From: Bacilli bacterium
Lineage (GTDB): Bacteria; Bacillota_I; Bacilli_A; RFN20; CAG-826
Direction: 5' to 3'
DNA length: 60,422 bases
NCBI GenBank assembly: GCA_049419605.1
Contig: JBMSKF010000006.1
Location: 1 to 60,422 of the forward strand
In this document: piece by piece, positions 18,010-27,937 of the stretch
Layout: each line of letters starts with the position of its first letter
How positions within the stretch are numbered: position 1 is the stretch's first letter
Notes under the pieces: generated by a model
The model's database searches: none
Seen by the model: the letters and a program-made list of their open reading frames with translations, nothing else
What the model was told of the DNA's origin: nothing
Translations under genes and position numbers: made by a program

Positions 18010-21000
18010 ATGCAAGACCAAATGGTTCGTTTTTTACAAAGCATTGGAATTACGAATCCAGAACGTTTTGATATGCAGTTTGAAGCGGTGACGAAAAATC
18101 CACTTCAATCAAAACAATGGGACATGGTTGTGACGAAAGAAACCCCATGGACATTCGAATTACTTGAACCGTTTCTTTCCGGCATTAGCCAATTAAATTA
18201 CCCAACGCAGTTTACCTTTACTTATCGGCAACCTCCGACTTTGGCTTCGATGTTACAGTTGATGTTGGATTGGTATCGTGTTCAATTTAGACAACCTTAT
18301 GGTAGGTTGCCATTGCTCAACGGCAACTCCATTACCATTACGTATCCTGACCAACAAGCTTTTGATGATGAAAAAGCGATGTGGACTCAAGTGAATGACT
18401 TATTCATTTTTTTGCAATATCCATTAGTTTTTAAACATAAAGTTTTACCAAGTGCTCCGACTATCAATCAAGAAAAAGTCGATCAATTGCAAGAGCAAGT
18501 GAAAGCAGTCATTGCCTCTCGTATCGAAGATGAGGAACAGGATGTTTTTGTTCGAGAACACCTGGAAAGAATTAAAGAAGCTGAAACACAACTTGCAGTC
18601 AGTTATGAACAAGATGTCAAGCAACAATTGAACATTGAGGCTAAAAAGAAACTTCGCCAAAAGGGTGATTACACACCCATGATGATTCAAGAGATCAAAC
18701 TCAATAGTGGCCATGTTGAGGTCACCGGCACGATTTACAATTTATTTCGCCGAGAATTTAATGGCAATCTCGTCATTCGTTTTGTTTTAGCAGAAGGCTC
18801 TCATGCCATCTTAGCTTCCATCAATGACCGGGATGCTGACGTGGATGCCAACCTCTTACAAAGCATACAAGAGGGCGATCGCGTTCGCATTCGCGGAGGC
18901 GTTGCTCTTGATCAAACCAATCAAGAACCGAGAATATTTATCAAAGAATTAGTCAAAGAAAAACCACTGCCGATGAGAGAAGATCATCATCCACGAAAGC
19001 GAGTAGAACTCCATTTACATACTAAAATGTCAACGATGGATGGCGTCGGCGATATTGATGTTTATTGTGCCTTAGCGAAGCACATGGGTCATGAAGCGAT
19101 TGCGATTACAGATCATGGGGTTGTTCAAGGATTTCCTGAAGCCCAAGCTGCTGCTAAAAAACATGGTTTAAAAATGATTTATGGATCTGAACTTTACATG
19201 ATTGATGAACAAATCTCTCATATCATGAATCCAAGTCAAACATCATTACAGCAAACCGATTATGTTGTGTTTGATTTAGAAAGTACGGGTTTATCTTCAC
19301 GTTATGATCGCATCATTGAAATCGGTGCTTTAAGAATTAGACAAGGGGCGATTATCGATCGCCTATCGATGCTGATTCATCCTGGAGATGTGAAGATTAG
19401 TCAAGCAGCCAGTGAGGTCAGTGGCATCACCATGGCGATGGTAGAAGGACAACCCACATTTGCCGAGGTTCATGAAAAGATTCATCAATTCTTCAAAGAC
19501 GCGATTGTCGTCTCTCATAACGCTCCTTTTGATATGGGATTTATGGTCGCTGCTTTTGAGCGTTTAACGTTACCTTTTAAACCTCCTGTGATTGATACAT
19601 TAACGCTTTCTCGGTATTTATATCCGGACGCGAATAGTCATCGATTAGGGGCGCTTGCCAAGCGTTTAGGGATCACTTATGAAGAAGATAAAGCCCACCG
19701 CGCGATCTACGATGCCGAAGTATTAGTGGCAATTTGGGAAGCCTTAAGACAAAAAATCATGGTTGATCATCGCCTCCAAATTCACCAAGATTTACAAAGT
19801 TTAAATCAAGTGAATACCTTATCTAAAAACTTAAGAAGCTACCACGTTACTGTGTTAGCTAAAAATACCAAGGGATTAAAGGCACTCTATGAATTGGTGT
19901 CAGAGAGTCACCTTAACTATTTTGCAGATATTCCGAGAACCCCACGAGATTTATTACTCAAACATCGCGAACATTTATTGTTAGGGTCTGCATGTTTCAA
20001 TGGTGAAGTCTTTGAAGTCGCCAAAACCGGTTCAAAAGAAGCCTTACAAAAAGCCATGGCTATGTATGACTTTATTGAAATTCAACCCTTGGAGCAATAC
20101 GATTATTTAATTCATGTTGGCACATTACCTTCCCGTGAGATGGTCAAGACCTTATTAAAAGAAATCATCGCTGTGGCAAAAGATTTAAAGAAAATGATCG
20201 TGGCAACCGGCGATTGTCATTATGTAAACCCAGATGACCATTTAATTCGAGATGTTTATATTTTTGCCAAGGGATTAAAAGGTGTCAATCACCCGATGAA
20301 TCCTTATTTTAGAAAAGATTTACCTGCCTTTGAAAATCCCCGTCAACATTATCGTTCGACTGAAGACATGTTAGAAGCCTTTTCCTGGTTAGGAAAAGAA
20401 GAAGCAGAATTCATGGTTGTAGAAACACCATTGATGATTGCCAACTTGATTGAAAAAATGGAACCGATTCAGGCTACCCTTCGTACACCTTCCATCGAAG
20501 GCGCTGATACAATGCTAAAAGAAATTTGCTATCAAAAAGCCCATGCGCAATATGGTAAGGTTTTACCTACGCTTATCCAAGAACGCTTAGAAACCGAATT
20601 GAATGGGATTATCAAATCGGGATATGCTGTCATCTATTACATCACCAGTAAAATCATTGCCCAGGCTAATGAAAAAGGTTTTATTGTGGGTTCACGAGGT
20701 TCTGTTGGAAGTTCATTTGCAGCAACGATGGCAGGCATTACCGAAGTCAATCCTTTACCACCACACTATTTTTGTAGTGAATGTCAGCATGTTGAATTTA
20801 ATCAAGATCCTCAATATAAGTCTGGCTTTGATTTACCGGTAAAATTATGTCCCGAATGCGGTCACGTTTTAAAGAGTGATGGACAAAATATTCCTTTTGC
20901 AACATTCTTGGGATTTAATGCCAATAAAGTTCCTGATATTGATTTAAACTTTCCCCGAGATTATCAATCTTTAGCCCATGAAGCAACAAAAATATTATTA

Positions 21001-22392
21001 GGAGATCATCAAGTTTATCGTGCAGGAACCATTGAAACTGTCGCGGAAAAAACTGCTTATGGATATGTCAAAGGTTACTTTGAAACGATGGGAGAAGATG
21101 TCACTAAACTTAAGCAAGCGGAGTTAACCTATCTTGCGAAAAAAGCAGAAGGTGTAAGAAGAACCTCAGGGCAACACCCTGGAGGGATTGTGGTTGTTCC
21201 CAAAGAATATAGCGTTTATGATTTCACCCCAATTCAACGACCTGCAGACAATTTAGAAACGAATATTGTGACGACTCATTTTGCTTTTGATTCGCTCCAT
21301 GATTCGTTATTAAAGTTTGATATGTTAGGTCACGTTGATCCAATGGCTCTCAAAATGAATGCGGATTTAACAGGAATGAAGATTGAAGATATTCCATTGA
21401 ATGATCCCGATGCTTTAAAATGCTTTGCTTCGGATAGTGTTTTACATCGTAAAGAAAAATATTTAGAAATGGTCAATGGGGCGATGGGGTTACCTGAGTT
21501 TGGAACCAATCTTGGCATGGACATTCTCAATGTCATCAATCCCAAAACTTTTAATGATTTAGTGATTATCTCCGGTCTTGCTCACGGTACTGATGTATTT
21601 AATGGCAATGCTCGTAATTTAATTACAGATAAAGTTGCTACCGTGGATGAAGTCATCGGTTGTCGCGATGATATCATGACTTATTTAATCTCCAAGGGTA
21701 TCGATGCTTTGATTGCCTTTAAAATTATGGAAGATGTGCGCAAAGGAAAAAAATTAACCAAAGAATATGCTGAATTGATGCGCCAAGTCAATGTTCCTGA
21801 GTTTTATATTGAGTCGTGCAATAAAATCAAATATCTATTTCCTAAAGCCCACGCGGTTGCCTATGTAACTATGGCGGTTCGCGTTGCTTACTTTAAAGTC
21901 CATCATCCGTTAGCCTATTATGCGACCTATTTTACCTTACGATCTAAGCAATATGATTACGAATTAATGCGCGCCTCGAGTAAAGACATCTATCAACAGT
22001 TGCAACGATTTAAACGTCAAAAGAACGAACTCAAGAAGAAACTTTCACCCAAAGAAGCGGACCTGGAAGTAACCTTGATGAATGTTTTGGAAATGAAGGA
22101 AAGAGGTTTTGAAATTTTACCCATTGATCTAGAAAAATCACAAGCAGAAACCTTTATCGTAGATCAAACTAGACAAGGCTTAATTCCTCCATTCACCGTG
22201 ATTGATGGTATCGGTGCCAATGCTGCGCTTTCAATTGTAAAAGCTAGAGAAGAACGGATGTTTGTGAGTGGTAAAGATTTAATGAATCGGACCAAGCTTT
22301 CTTCTACCAACCTTGAAAAGCTTAAAGATCAAGGTGTGTTAAAGGCCATTGAGGAAGAAGAAACCGTATCTTTATTTTCATTTGCCGATTAA
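18010..22392 (+). CDS. polC: DNA polymerase III PolC-type
   Basis: PHP (RVELHLHTKMS, AITDHG), inserted DEDDh exonuclease (VVFDLESTG), SRGSVGSS, PDIDLNF and YLFPKAHA. Confidence 0.98.
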   Translation: MQDQMVRFLQSIGITNPERFDMQFEAVTKNPLQSKQWDMVVTKETPWTFELLEPFLSGISQLNYPTQFTFTYRQPPTLASMLQLMLDWYRVQFRQPYGRLPLLNGNSITITYPDQQAFDDEKAMWTQVNDLFIFLQYPLVFKHKVLPSAPTINQEKVDQLQEQVKAVIASRIEDEEQDVFVREHLERIKEAETQLAVSYEQDVKQQLNIEAKKKLRQKGDYTPMMIQEIKLNSGHVEVTGTIYNLFRREFNGNLVIRFVLAEGSHAILASINDRDADVDANLLQSIQEGDRVRIRGGVALDQTNQEPRIFIKELVKEKPLPMREDHHPRKRVELHLHTKMSTMDGVGDIDVYCALAKHMGHEAIAITDHGVVQGFPEAQAAAKKHGLKMIYGSELYMIDEQISHIMNPSQTSLQQTDYVVFDLESTGLSSRYDRIIEIGALRIRQGAIIDRLSMLIHPGDVKISQAASEVSGITMAMVEGQPTFAEVHEKIHQFFKDAIVVSHNAPFDMGFMVAAFERLTLPFKPPVIDTLTLSRYLYPDANSHRLGALAKRLGITYEEDKAHRAIYDAEVLVAIWEALRQKIMVDHRLQIHQDLQSLNQVNTLSKNLRSYHVTVLAKNTKGLKALYELVSESHLNYFADIPRTPRDLLLKHREHLLLGSACFNGEVFEVAKTGSKEALQKAMAMYDFIEIQPLEQYDYLIHVGTLPSREMVKTLLKEIIAVAKDLKKMIVATGDCHYVNPDDHLIRDVYIFAKGLKGVNHPMNPYFRKDLPAFENPRQHYRSTEDMLEAFSWLGKEEAEFMVVETPLMIANLIEKMEPIQATLRTPSIEGADTMLKEICYQKAHAQYGKVLPTLIQERLETELNGIIKSGYAVIYYITSKIIAQANEKGFIVGSRGSVGSSFAATMAGITEVNPLPPHYFCSECQHVEFNQDPQYKSGFDLPVKLCPECGHVLKSDGQNIPFATFLGFNANKVPDIDLNFPRDYQSLAHEATKILLGDHQVYRAGTIETVAEKTAYGYVKGYFETMGEDVTKLKQAELTYLAKKAEGVRRTSGQHPGGIVVVPKEYSVYDFTPIQRPADNLETNIVTTHFAFDSLHDSLLKFDMLGHVDPMALKMNADLTGMKIEDIPLNDPDALKCFASDSVLHRKEKYLEMVNGAMGLPEFGTNLGMDILNVINPKTFNDLVIISGLAHGTDVFNGNARNLITDKVATVDEVIGCRDDIMTYLISKGIDALIAFKIMEDVRKGKKLTKEYAELMRQVNVPEFYIESCNKIKYLFPKAHAVAYVTMAVRVAYFKVHHPLAYYATYFTLRSKQYDYELMRASSKDIYQQLQRFKRQKNELKKKLSPKEADLEVTLMNVLEMKERGFEILPIDLEKSQAETFIVDQTRQGLIPPFTVIDGIGANAALSIVKAREERMFVSGKDLMNRTKLSSTNLEKLKDQGVLKAIEEEETVSLFSFAD

Positions 22393-22412
22393 ATAGGTAA
22401 AATAGATTGACT

Positions 22413-22489
22413 CGGGATGTGGCGTAGCTTGGTAGCGCGCTTGGTTCGGGACCAAGAGGTCGTGGGTTCGAATCCCATCATCCCGACCA
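22413..22489 (+). tRNA. tRNA-Pro (CGG)
   Basis: Cloverleaf CGGGATG/CATCCCG, anticodon arm CTTGG-TTCGGGA-CCAAG, TTCGAAT and encoded CCA. Confidence 0.96.
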
Positions 22490-22497
22490 TGAAAGTC

Positions 22498-22523
22498 AAA
22501 GAGTGAAACATCACTCTTTTTTT
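22498..22523 (+). terminator. Terminator after tRNA-Pro
   Basis: AAAGAGTGA-AACA-TCACTCTTTTTTT. Confidence 0.85.
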
Positions 22524-22558
22524 ATTTTTCATTAAATCGCTATAATGGTCTAGGTTTT

Positions 22559-23839
22559 ATGATGATATTGATTGTAATCACGACGCTTTTATTCATGATG
22601 ATGAGTTTATTGTGGTTTCCCACTATTTCTCTATTTGGGAAAAAAATCCAAGCTTTCTGGTTGATGAGTTTGATTGGTGCAATCACCTTATTATTGCTAC
22701 ATCCTGACCCTATTCACTTCATTCAATCCGCATGGTTTGGCAACGGTTCCATGAATCCCATCCGCATCCTTGGATTATTTTTTTCATTTACCATCCTTGC
22801 TATTTTTTTAGATGAAGTTGGCTTGATTAAGTATTTAGCCTATCAAGCCATTCATCAGGCAGGTTACTCGCAAAAGCGTTTATTTTTCATTTGGTTTTGG
22901 GTCGTTGCGATTGCGACAACATTAACAGCGAACGATATCGTGGTATTAACTTTGACTCCATTTATCATTTATGTTGCTCGTCATGCGAAGGTTTCACCTT
23001 TGCCGTATTTGATCAGTCAGTTTGTTTCCGCGAATACTTGGAGTATGTTACTGATCATTGGCAACCCGACTAATATTTATATTGCACGGATGTTTCAAAT
23101 TGACTTTATGAATTATCTTCAAGTCATGGCCCTACCCACCTTGGTGACAGGATTGAGTAGTCTAGCGATTTTGTATCTCATTTTTCATCACCATTTAAAA
23201 CAACCGATAAGTAAACCGAATATGATAATCAATCCTCCACACGATAGTTACCGACTTGGTTTATGGATGCTTTTATTCGCAATTGGCTTTATGATTGTCT
23301 CTCAATGGATCGGTATTCCCATGGACGTGTTAACGATTTTGTCTGCGTTGATCTTGATAAGTTTACTCCTTATTTTTTATCCCCGTGACACGCATCTTGC
23401 CAATACGATACGGCGATTGCCTTATGAGATGTTGCCATTCTTTTTAAGTATGGCTATTTTAGTAAAAGTATTTGATTACGTTGGATTTACTGTTGAATTT
23501 GGTCTTTGGTTAGAAACATTCCCAACCCTTTATAGTTATGGATTCACTAGCTTTATTGCAAGTAATTTCATGAATAATATTCCGATGAGTTTATGGTTCT
23601 CCAATTTGTTAATGGCAACAGAATCTCTTCATGTTCCTGCTATGTATGCTTCAATTATCGGTTCTAATTTAGGCGCGATATTAACGCCTGTTGGTGCATT
23701 GGCTGGATTAATGTGGATGCGCATCCTTAAAGAAAAACAAGTGGAATTATCGTTTGGTCAATTCGTGGTGTATGGCATTACGCTTGGCCCAATATTATTA
23801 ATGATTGCCCTTTTCACGTTAGATTTAATTTATCGATAA
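22559..23839 (+). CDS. ArsB/NhaD (IT superfamily) membrane transporter
   Basis: About 11 TM. ANDIVVLTLTP, ANTWSMLLIIGNPTN, NNIPM and GSNLGAILTPVGALAGLMW are ArsB-like motifs. No arsR or arsC nearby, so the substrate is unknown. Confidence 0.8.
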   Translation: MMILIVITTLLFMMMSLLWFPTISLFGKKIQAFWLMSLIGAITLLLLHPDPIHFIQSAWFGNGSMNPIRILGLFFSFTILAIFLDEVGLIKYLAYQAIHQAGYSQKRLFFIWFWVVAIATTLTANDIVVLTLTPFIIYVARHAKVSPLPYLISQFVSANTWSMLLIIGNPTNIYIARMFQIDFMNYLQVMALPTLVTGLSSLAILYLIFHHHLKQPISKPNMIINPPHDSYRLGLWMLLFAIGFMIVSQWIGIPMDVLTILSALILISLLLIFYPRDTHLANTIRRLPYEMLPFFLSMAILVKVFDYVGFTVEFGLWLETFPTLYSYGFTSFIASNFMNNIPMSLWFSNLLMATESLHVPAMYASIIGSNLGAILTPVGALAGLMWMRILKEKQVELSFGQFVVYGITLGPILLMIALFTLDLIYR

Positions 23840-23860
23840 AACTTGATAAAATAAAGTGAT

Positions 23861-23936
23861 GCGGTTGTAACTCAGTGGATAGAGTATCTCACTCCTAAGG
23901 AGAAAGTCGGACGTTCGAATCGTCTCAACCGCGCCA
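23861..23936 (+). tRNA. tRNA-Arg (CCT)
   Basis: GCGGTTG/CAACCGC acceptor stem, loop CTCCTAA, A20 in the D loop and CCA. There is a 31-39 mismatch. Confidence 0.92.
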
Positions 23937-23989
23937 CGGTTAATATATTGTTTTTTAGCAATTAATTTGATAAAGTGTAAAAGCAATTT

Positions 23990-24065
23990 GGGGCTGTAGC
24001 TCAGCTGGGAGAGCGCCTCCATGGCATGGAGGAGGTCGCGAGTTCAATCCTCGTCAGCTCCACCA
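23990..24065 (+). tRNA. tRNA-Ala (GGC)
   Basis: GGGGCTG/CAGCTCC with G3:U70, loop ATGGCAT and CCA. Confidence 0.96.
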
Positions 24066-24075
24066 AAGCGCAAAT

Positions 24076-24104
24076 AAAAAACCCTTCATCATGAAGGGTT
24101 TTTT
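24076..24104. terminator. Bidirectional terminator between tRNA-Ala and the aldo-keto reductase
   Basis: AAAAAACCCTTCA-TCA-TGAAGGGTTTTTT. Confidence 0.85.
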
Positions 24105-24107
24105 CTA

Positions 24108-24935
24108 TTAACGATAATCAAGATTCTCTAGCTCAAGTAAGGCATGAATATCGGTTGGATCAAGTTTAAAATCTAACATGCCGTTTTCGCGAATGCGTTC
24201 AGGATGTGTGGATTTGGGTAGCGTAATGGCACCTAAGTCTAGGGTAAATCGAATGGCAATTTGGGCTGGCGTTTTTCCATATTTTTTGGCAAGTTCATTT
24301 AATAATTCCAGTTTAAAAATTCGACCAGTTGCAAGTGGCGAATAAGCTTCAATGGCAATCTTTTTTTCTTCACAATAGGCTCTAAGATTTTTTTGCGGAC
24401 GGCCAATCCATAAAGGGATTTGGTTGACATGGGGAAGAATATGAATGCCTTTAAAGAGTCTTTCTAAATGTTCAATTTCAAAATTAGACACACCGATAGA
24501 ACGAATTTTCTTTTCGCGATAAAGTTCTTCCATTGCTTTCCATGCGGCGATATTTCCTGCAGCATAATCAGGATTGGTTCGCCATTCACTCCAAGGCCAA
24601 GGAGCATGAATTAAATAAAGGTCAATATAATCAACGCCTAAACGTATTCTGGATTGTTCAAATTCAGTAAAGGTTTGTTGGTAATCTTTTAAATGAGATT
24701 CTAATTTCGTTGTAATAAAAATTTGATTTCTTGGAATCCCTGAATCTTTTATTGCTCGACCAACTGAGGTTTCATTTCGGTAAGCGGCTGCCGTGTCAAT
24801 ATGACGATAACCAGCTGTTAAGGCTGCTAAGGTTGAACTATATGCATCTTCACCTTCTTTGATTTGCCAAGTTCCAAAACCTAACAATGGAATCACAACC
24901 CCATTACTAAGGGTTTTTGTTTCTTTGAATACCAT
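24108..24935 (-). CDS. Aldo/keto reductase (2,5-DKG reductase-like)
   Basis: LGFGTW, GYRHIDTAAAY, DLYLIHAPW, IGVSNF and LPKSTHPERIREN motifs. Confidence 0.93.
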   Translation of the reverse strand: MVFKETKTLSNGVVIPLLGFGTWQIKEGEDAYSSTLAALTAGYRHIDTAAAYRNETSVGRAIKDSGIPRNQIFITTKLESHLKDYQQTFTEFEQSRIRLGVDYIDLYLIHAPWPWSEWRTNPDYAAGNIAAWKAMEELYREKKIRSIGVSNFEIEHLERLFKGIHILPHVNQIPLWIGRPQKNLRAYCEEKKIAIEAYSPLATGRIFKLELLNELAKKYGKTPAQIAIRFTLDLGAITLPKSTHPERIRENGMLDFKLDPTDIHALLELENLDYR

Positions 24936-25036
24936 GCGTATCTCCTTAAATTTATTATAACCAAATCTAAAGCATCCTCAATCTTTAAATACTAAAATTG
25001 TTTATAATAAAGATGCTCAAAGTAAGAGGTAAAAAA

Positions 25037-25534
25037 ATGAAAACTATTTATTTGGCAGGTGGATGTTTCTGGGGTGTTGAAGCTTATTATAAAAAATTAA
25101 AAGGTGTTACCGATACTCAAGTTGGGTATGCTAATGGTAATTATCCTAACCCAACATATCAAGAAGTTTGTGATGAAAAAGCTACGCATGCTGAAGCAGT
25201 AAAAGTAGTCTTCAATGAAACCCAAATTACATTAGAAAAACTTTTAGAACATTTATTTCGCATCATTGATCCAACCTCAGTTAATAAACAAGGTCATGAT
25301 GAAGGAATTCAGTATCGAACAGGGGTCTATTTTGAAAACAAAGAAGATGAAGTGGTGGCAAGAAAATATGTTCAACTTCGACAAAAAGATTATCGTAAAC
25401 CCATTGCATTAGAAATCCAACCGCTTCGAGGATTTTATGACGCAGAAACGTATCATCAGGATTACTTAGATAAAAATCCATTCGGATATTGCCATGTTGA
25501 TTTTCGTGTTTTAAGGCCTGAGGAAAAGAAGTAA
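25037..25534 (+). CDS. msrA: Peptide-methionine (S)-S-oxide reductase
   Basis: LAGGCFWGVE, QYRTGVY and AETYHQDYL..NP.GYCH motifs. Confidence 0.96.
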   Translation: MKTIYLAGGCFWGVEAYYKKLKGVTDTQVGYANGNYPNPTYQEVCDEKATHAEAVKVVFNETQITLEKLLEHLFRIIDPTSVNKQGHDEGIQYRTGVYFENKEDEVVARKYVQLRQKDYRKPIALEIQPLRGFYDAETYHQDYLDKNPFGYCHVDFRVLRPEEKK

Positions 25535-25989
25535 TGAATAAAGACGTAGAATATCAATCTTTACTTTCAGCTACACGAGGTTTGTTGGTCGATAAGCAAA
25601 ATGAGGTTTCGATATATGCTAATCTTTCCGCATTATTAAAACAAACGCTTTCCAATATTTCATGGGCAGGTTTTTATTTGTTTAATGGCACAGCACTTTA
25701 TTTAGGACCCTTTCAAGGCAAAGTGGCTTGTGTAGATATTACCCTTGATCGTGGCGTTTGTGGCAAAGCCGCAAGGGAAAGAAAAACTGTAGTCGTGCCT
25801 AATGTTCACGAATTTCCAGGTCATATTGCCTGTGATGAAGGCAGCAATAGTGAGATTGTCATTCCGATCGTAAAAAACCACCAGCTTATTGGTGTCCTTG
25901 ATATCGATAGTTATCAATATGAGCGTTTTGATAAAATCGATCAGCAACATTTAGAAGCGTTTATTACTTTACTCGTTAACGCGATTTAA
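25534..25989 (+). CDS. msrC: Free methionine-(R)-sulfoxide reductase (GAF domain, fRMsr/MsrC)
   Basis: WAGFYL, LGPFQGKVAC, GVCG, FPGHIACD..SNSEIVIP and GVLDIDS motifs. Confidence 0.88.
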   Translation: MNKDVEYQSLLSATRGLLVDKQNEVSIYANLSALLKQTLSNISWAGFYLFNGTALYLGPFQGKVACVDITLDRGVCGKAARERKTVVVPNVHEFPGHIACDEGSNSEIVIPIVKNHQLIGVLDIDSYQYERFDKIDQQHLEAFITLLVNAI

Positions 25990-26030
25990 TTATTCTTACA
26001 TTTCAAATTGAAGTATGGTTTAATTTTCTC

Positions 26031-27740
26031 ATGAAGAAATTGATTAAACCTCAACATGCCATGTTCATCACATTGCTTTTGTCCTCTTGTGAATTTACAT
26101 TACCTTCCCTGAGCATCCATCCATCAAATAATTCAAGTACCACTACCAATGCTTCTGATCCAACGAATAGTTTTTTCAACCCATCCATTCAAAGTCCAGT
26201 TGATTTTACTGAACCCCCTACCATCCCAAATTTAAATTTACCAGCAGGAACTTGTGAAGCGAATAGTCAACCAAGAATCAGTTTAAATACCGACGAAGAA
26301 TATCGATTATTTTTTCATCCAACAACAAAAGTGATGATTGATTTTCACATCAGTAATGCCAATCTTTTACTTATGAATGAATACGGTAATCGTACAGCCG
26401 ATCATGATCGTTATGTCAATGCAGCGATGCGAATTGATGTGACACCTCAAAATGCACAAGTGATTTCCTATTGTTATCCAGTCGTTGGCATTCGGATGAA
26501 AGGGAATACATCAAGAACTGATTTTATAGAAGAAAATGGTGCATTCACAAATTTTATGAATTTGAAAGTCTCATTCTCCACGGATGATCCTACCGATGGA
26601 CGCATCCCCAATCAACAATTCATTGGGATGACAAGAATGGATTTAAAATGGAATCGTAATTTTGATCACACTTATGTTCGGCAAATTTTTGCCCACAAAC
26701 TTTATGGCGCGTATTTACCTTTTGCACAAGAAGCTACTTTAGGGGGGATTCGGTTCTTACAAACTGGTGTTGCCCAGGAATTTCAAAATAATTATTTGGG
26801 TTTGTACACGATCACTGAACCAATGGATCGTCGATTTTTCGCAAGACGCCTTGGAGATAATGCTGAAGCAGATGGGAATCTTTATAAAGTTTTATACTCT
26901 GCAACTGGGGCTGCGGATTTAACAAAATTCAATGCAGTCAACAGTGATGGAACCAATCACTTTCGCACGGGTAACAAAATCGGTGTTGAAGATAATGCGG
27001 CCAATTATCATCCAAGTTATGATTTGAAGACCAATACAACCATTCCTAACTTCACTGATATCGTCAATCTCATTGGAGAATTGAACGCGAGTCAGGACGT
27101 TAATCTACAAGCTTATCGTCAACGCGTCGAAGCGGTCATTGATATTCCCACGTTCTTATGGATGGAAGCCATTGCATATTTTGTTGGCAATCCCGATGAT
27201 TATCGAAATAATGCAAACAACCTTTATTTATATTTTTTACCAAGTACAGGAAAGGCCTATCCAATTCCTTATGATCTTGATCGTGGTTTTGGTAGTAACG
27301 GGGATTGGGATCCCACGCTTAATCCATTTGATCAATATGGACCGAGTATGACCAAAGCGACCCCTTTTCAAGACGCTTTATTAAAAGACTGGAATCAAGG
27401 AAGACTGAATCCATTGCATCGATTAACCATTTATCAAAATGCGTATGCGGGTTATCAAAACCAATATCGCGACCATCTTCAAACTATTCATGAAAGTGGT
27501 TGGATAGATTCGGTCAGTAATGGAACAGGAAATTATGAAGGATTATTTTATACCCTTCATCGCCAATATCGTGCAACCTATTATCCCCAATCTGGACAGT
27601 ACCAATTCATCCAACCAACTTCCCCTGCGCTTCGAGATGTCTTTGTTATCTTCTCTTTAAATCAAAAAGTAATGGCAAACTTAACCTTTCATGAGTATAT
27701 TTCCGCAAAGGTAAGCACTTACATTTCTTCGGTTTCATAG
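26031..27740 (+). CDS. CotH-family atypical kinase, predicted lipoprotein
   Basis: Lipobox LLSSC, a Ser/Thr/Pro linker, then GIRMKGNTSR, YLGLYTITEPMD, GNLYK, NPDDY.NNANNLYLY and IPYDLDRGFG. Confidence 0.82.
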   Translation: MKKLIKPQHAMFITLLLSSCEFTLPSLSIHPSNNSSTTTNASDPTNSFFNPSIQSPVDFTEPPTIPNLNLPAGTCEANSQPRISLNTDEEYRLFFHPTTKVMIDFHISNANLLLMNEYGNRTADHDRYVNAAMRIDVTPQNAQVISYCYPVVGIRMKGNTSRTDFIEENGAFTNFMNLKVSFSTDDPTDGRIPNQQFIGMTRMDLKWNRNFDHTYVRQIFAHKLYGAYLPFAQEATLGGIRFLQTGVAQEFQNNYLGLYTITEPMDRRFFARRLGDNAEADGNLYKVLYSATGAADLTKFNAVNSDGTNHFRTGNKIGVEDNAANYHPSYDLKTNTTIPNFTDIVNLIGELNASQDVNLQAYRQRVEAVIDIPTFLWMEAIAYFVGNPDDYRNNANNLYLYFLPSTGKAYPIPYDLDRGFGSNGDWDPTLNPFDQYGPSMTKATPFQDALLKDWNQGRLNPLHRLTIYQNAYAGYQNQYRDHLQTIHESGWIDSVSNGTGNYEGLFYTLHRQYRATYYPQSGQYQFIQPTSPALRDVFVIFSLNQKVMANLTFHEYISAKVSTYISSVS

Positions 27741-27754
27741 TAAAATACCCATGT

Positions 27755-27841
27755 GCAGTCGTGGCGGAATTGGCAGACGCGCTAGATTCAGGGTCTAGTA
27801 CCTTCACCGGTGTAGGAGTTCAACTCTCCTCGACTGCACCA
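27755..27841 (+). tRNA. tRNA-Leu (CAG)
   Basis: GCAGTCG/CGACTGC acceptor stem, loop TTCAGGG, long variable arm and CCA. Confidence 0.96.
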
Positions 27842-27937
27842 AATCTTTGAAAACAACTTTATTTTTTTTTCTTGAGTGATATAATTTCTTTTGGAAAATT
27901 GGGTCGCAAATATTGACTCAATTCAAAGGGAGAAAAA

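Noticed and set aside
22559-23839. Arsenic-resistance locus
   Set aside because: Only an ArsB-like permease is present, without arsR or arsC, so the substrate cannot be assigned.
23825-24022. 65-aa minus-strand ORF, plus ORF 32295-32492 and the 41165 N-terminal extension of cdaA
   Set aside because: All are shadows of tRNA genes.
26014-26033. CotH gene as another leaderless case
   Set aside because: The hexamer 6 nt upstream is TTTAAT, which lacks the conserved A; the alternative TATGGT is 11 nt away. Too weak to count.
26031-27740. CotH as evidence of sporulation
   Set aside because: It is a lipoprotein form, CotH domains occur widely in non-sporulators, and no other spore genes are in the window.
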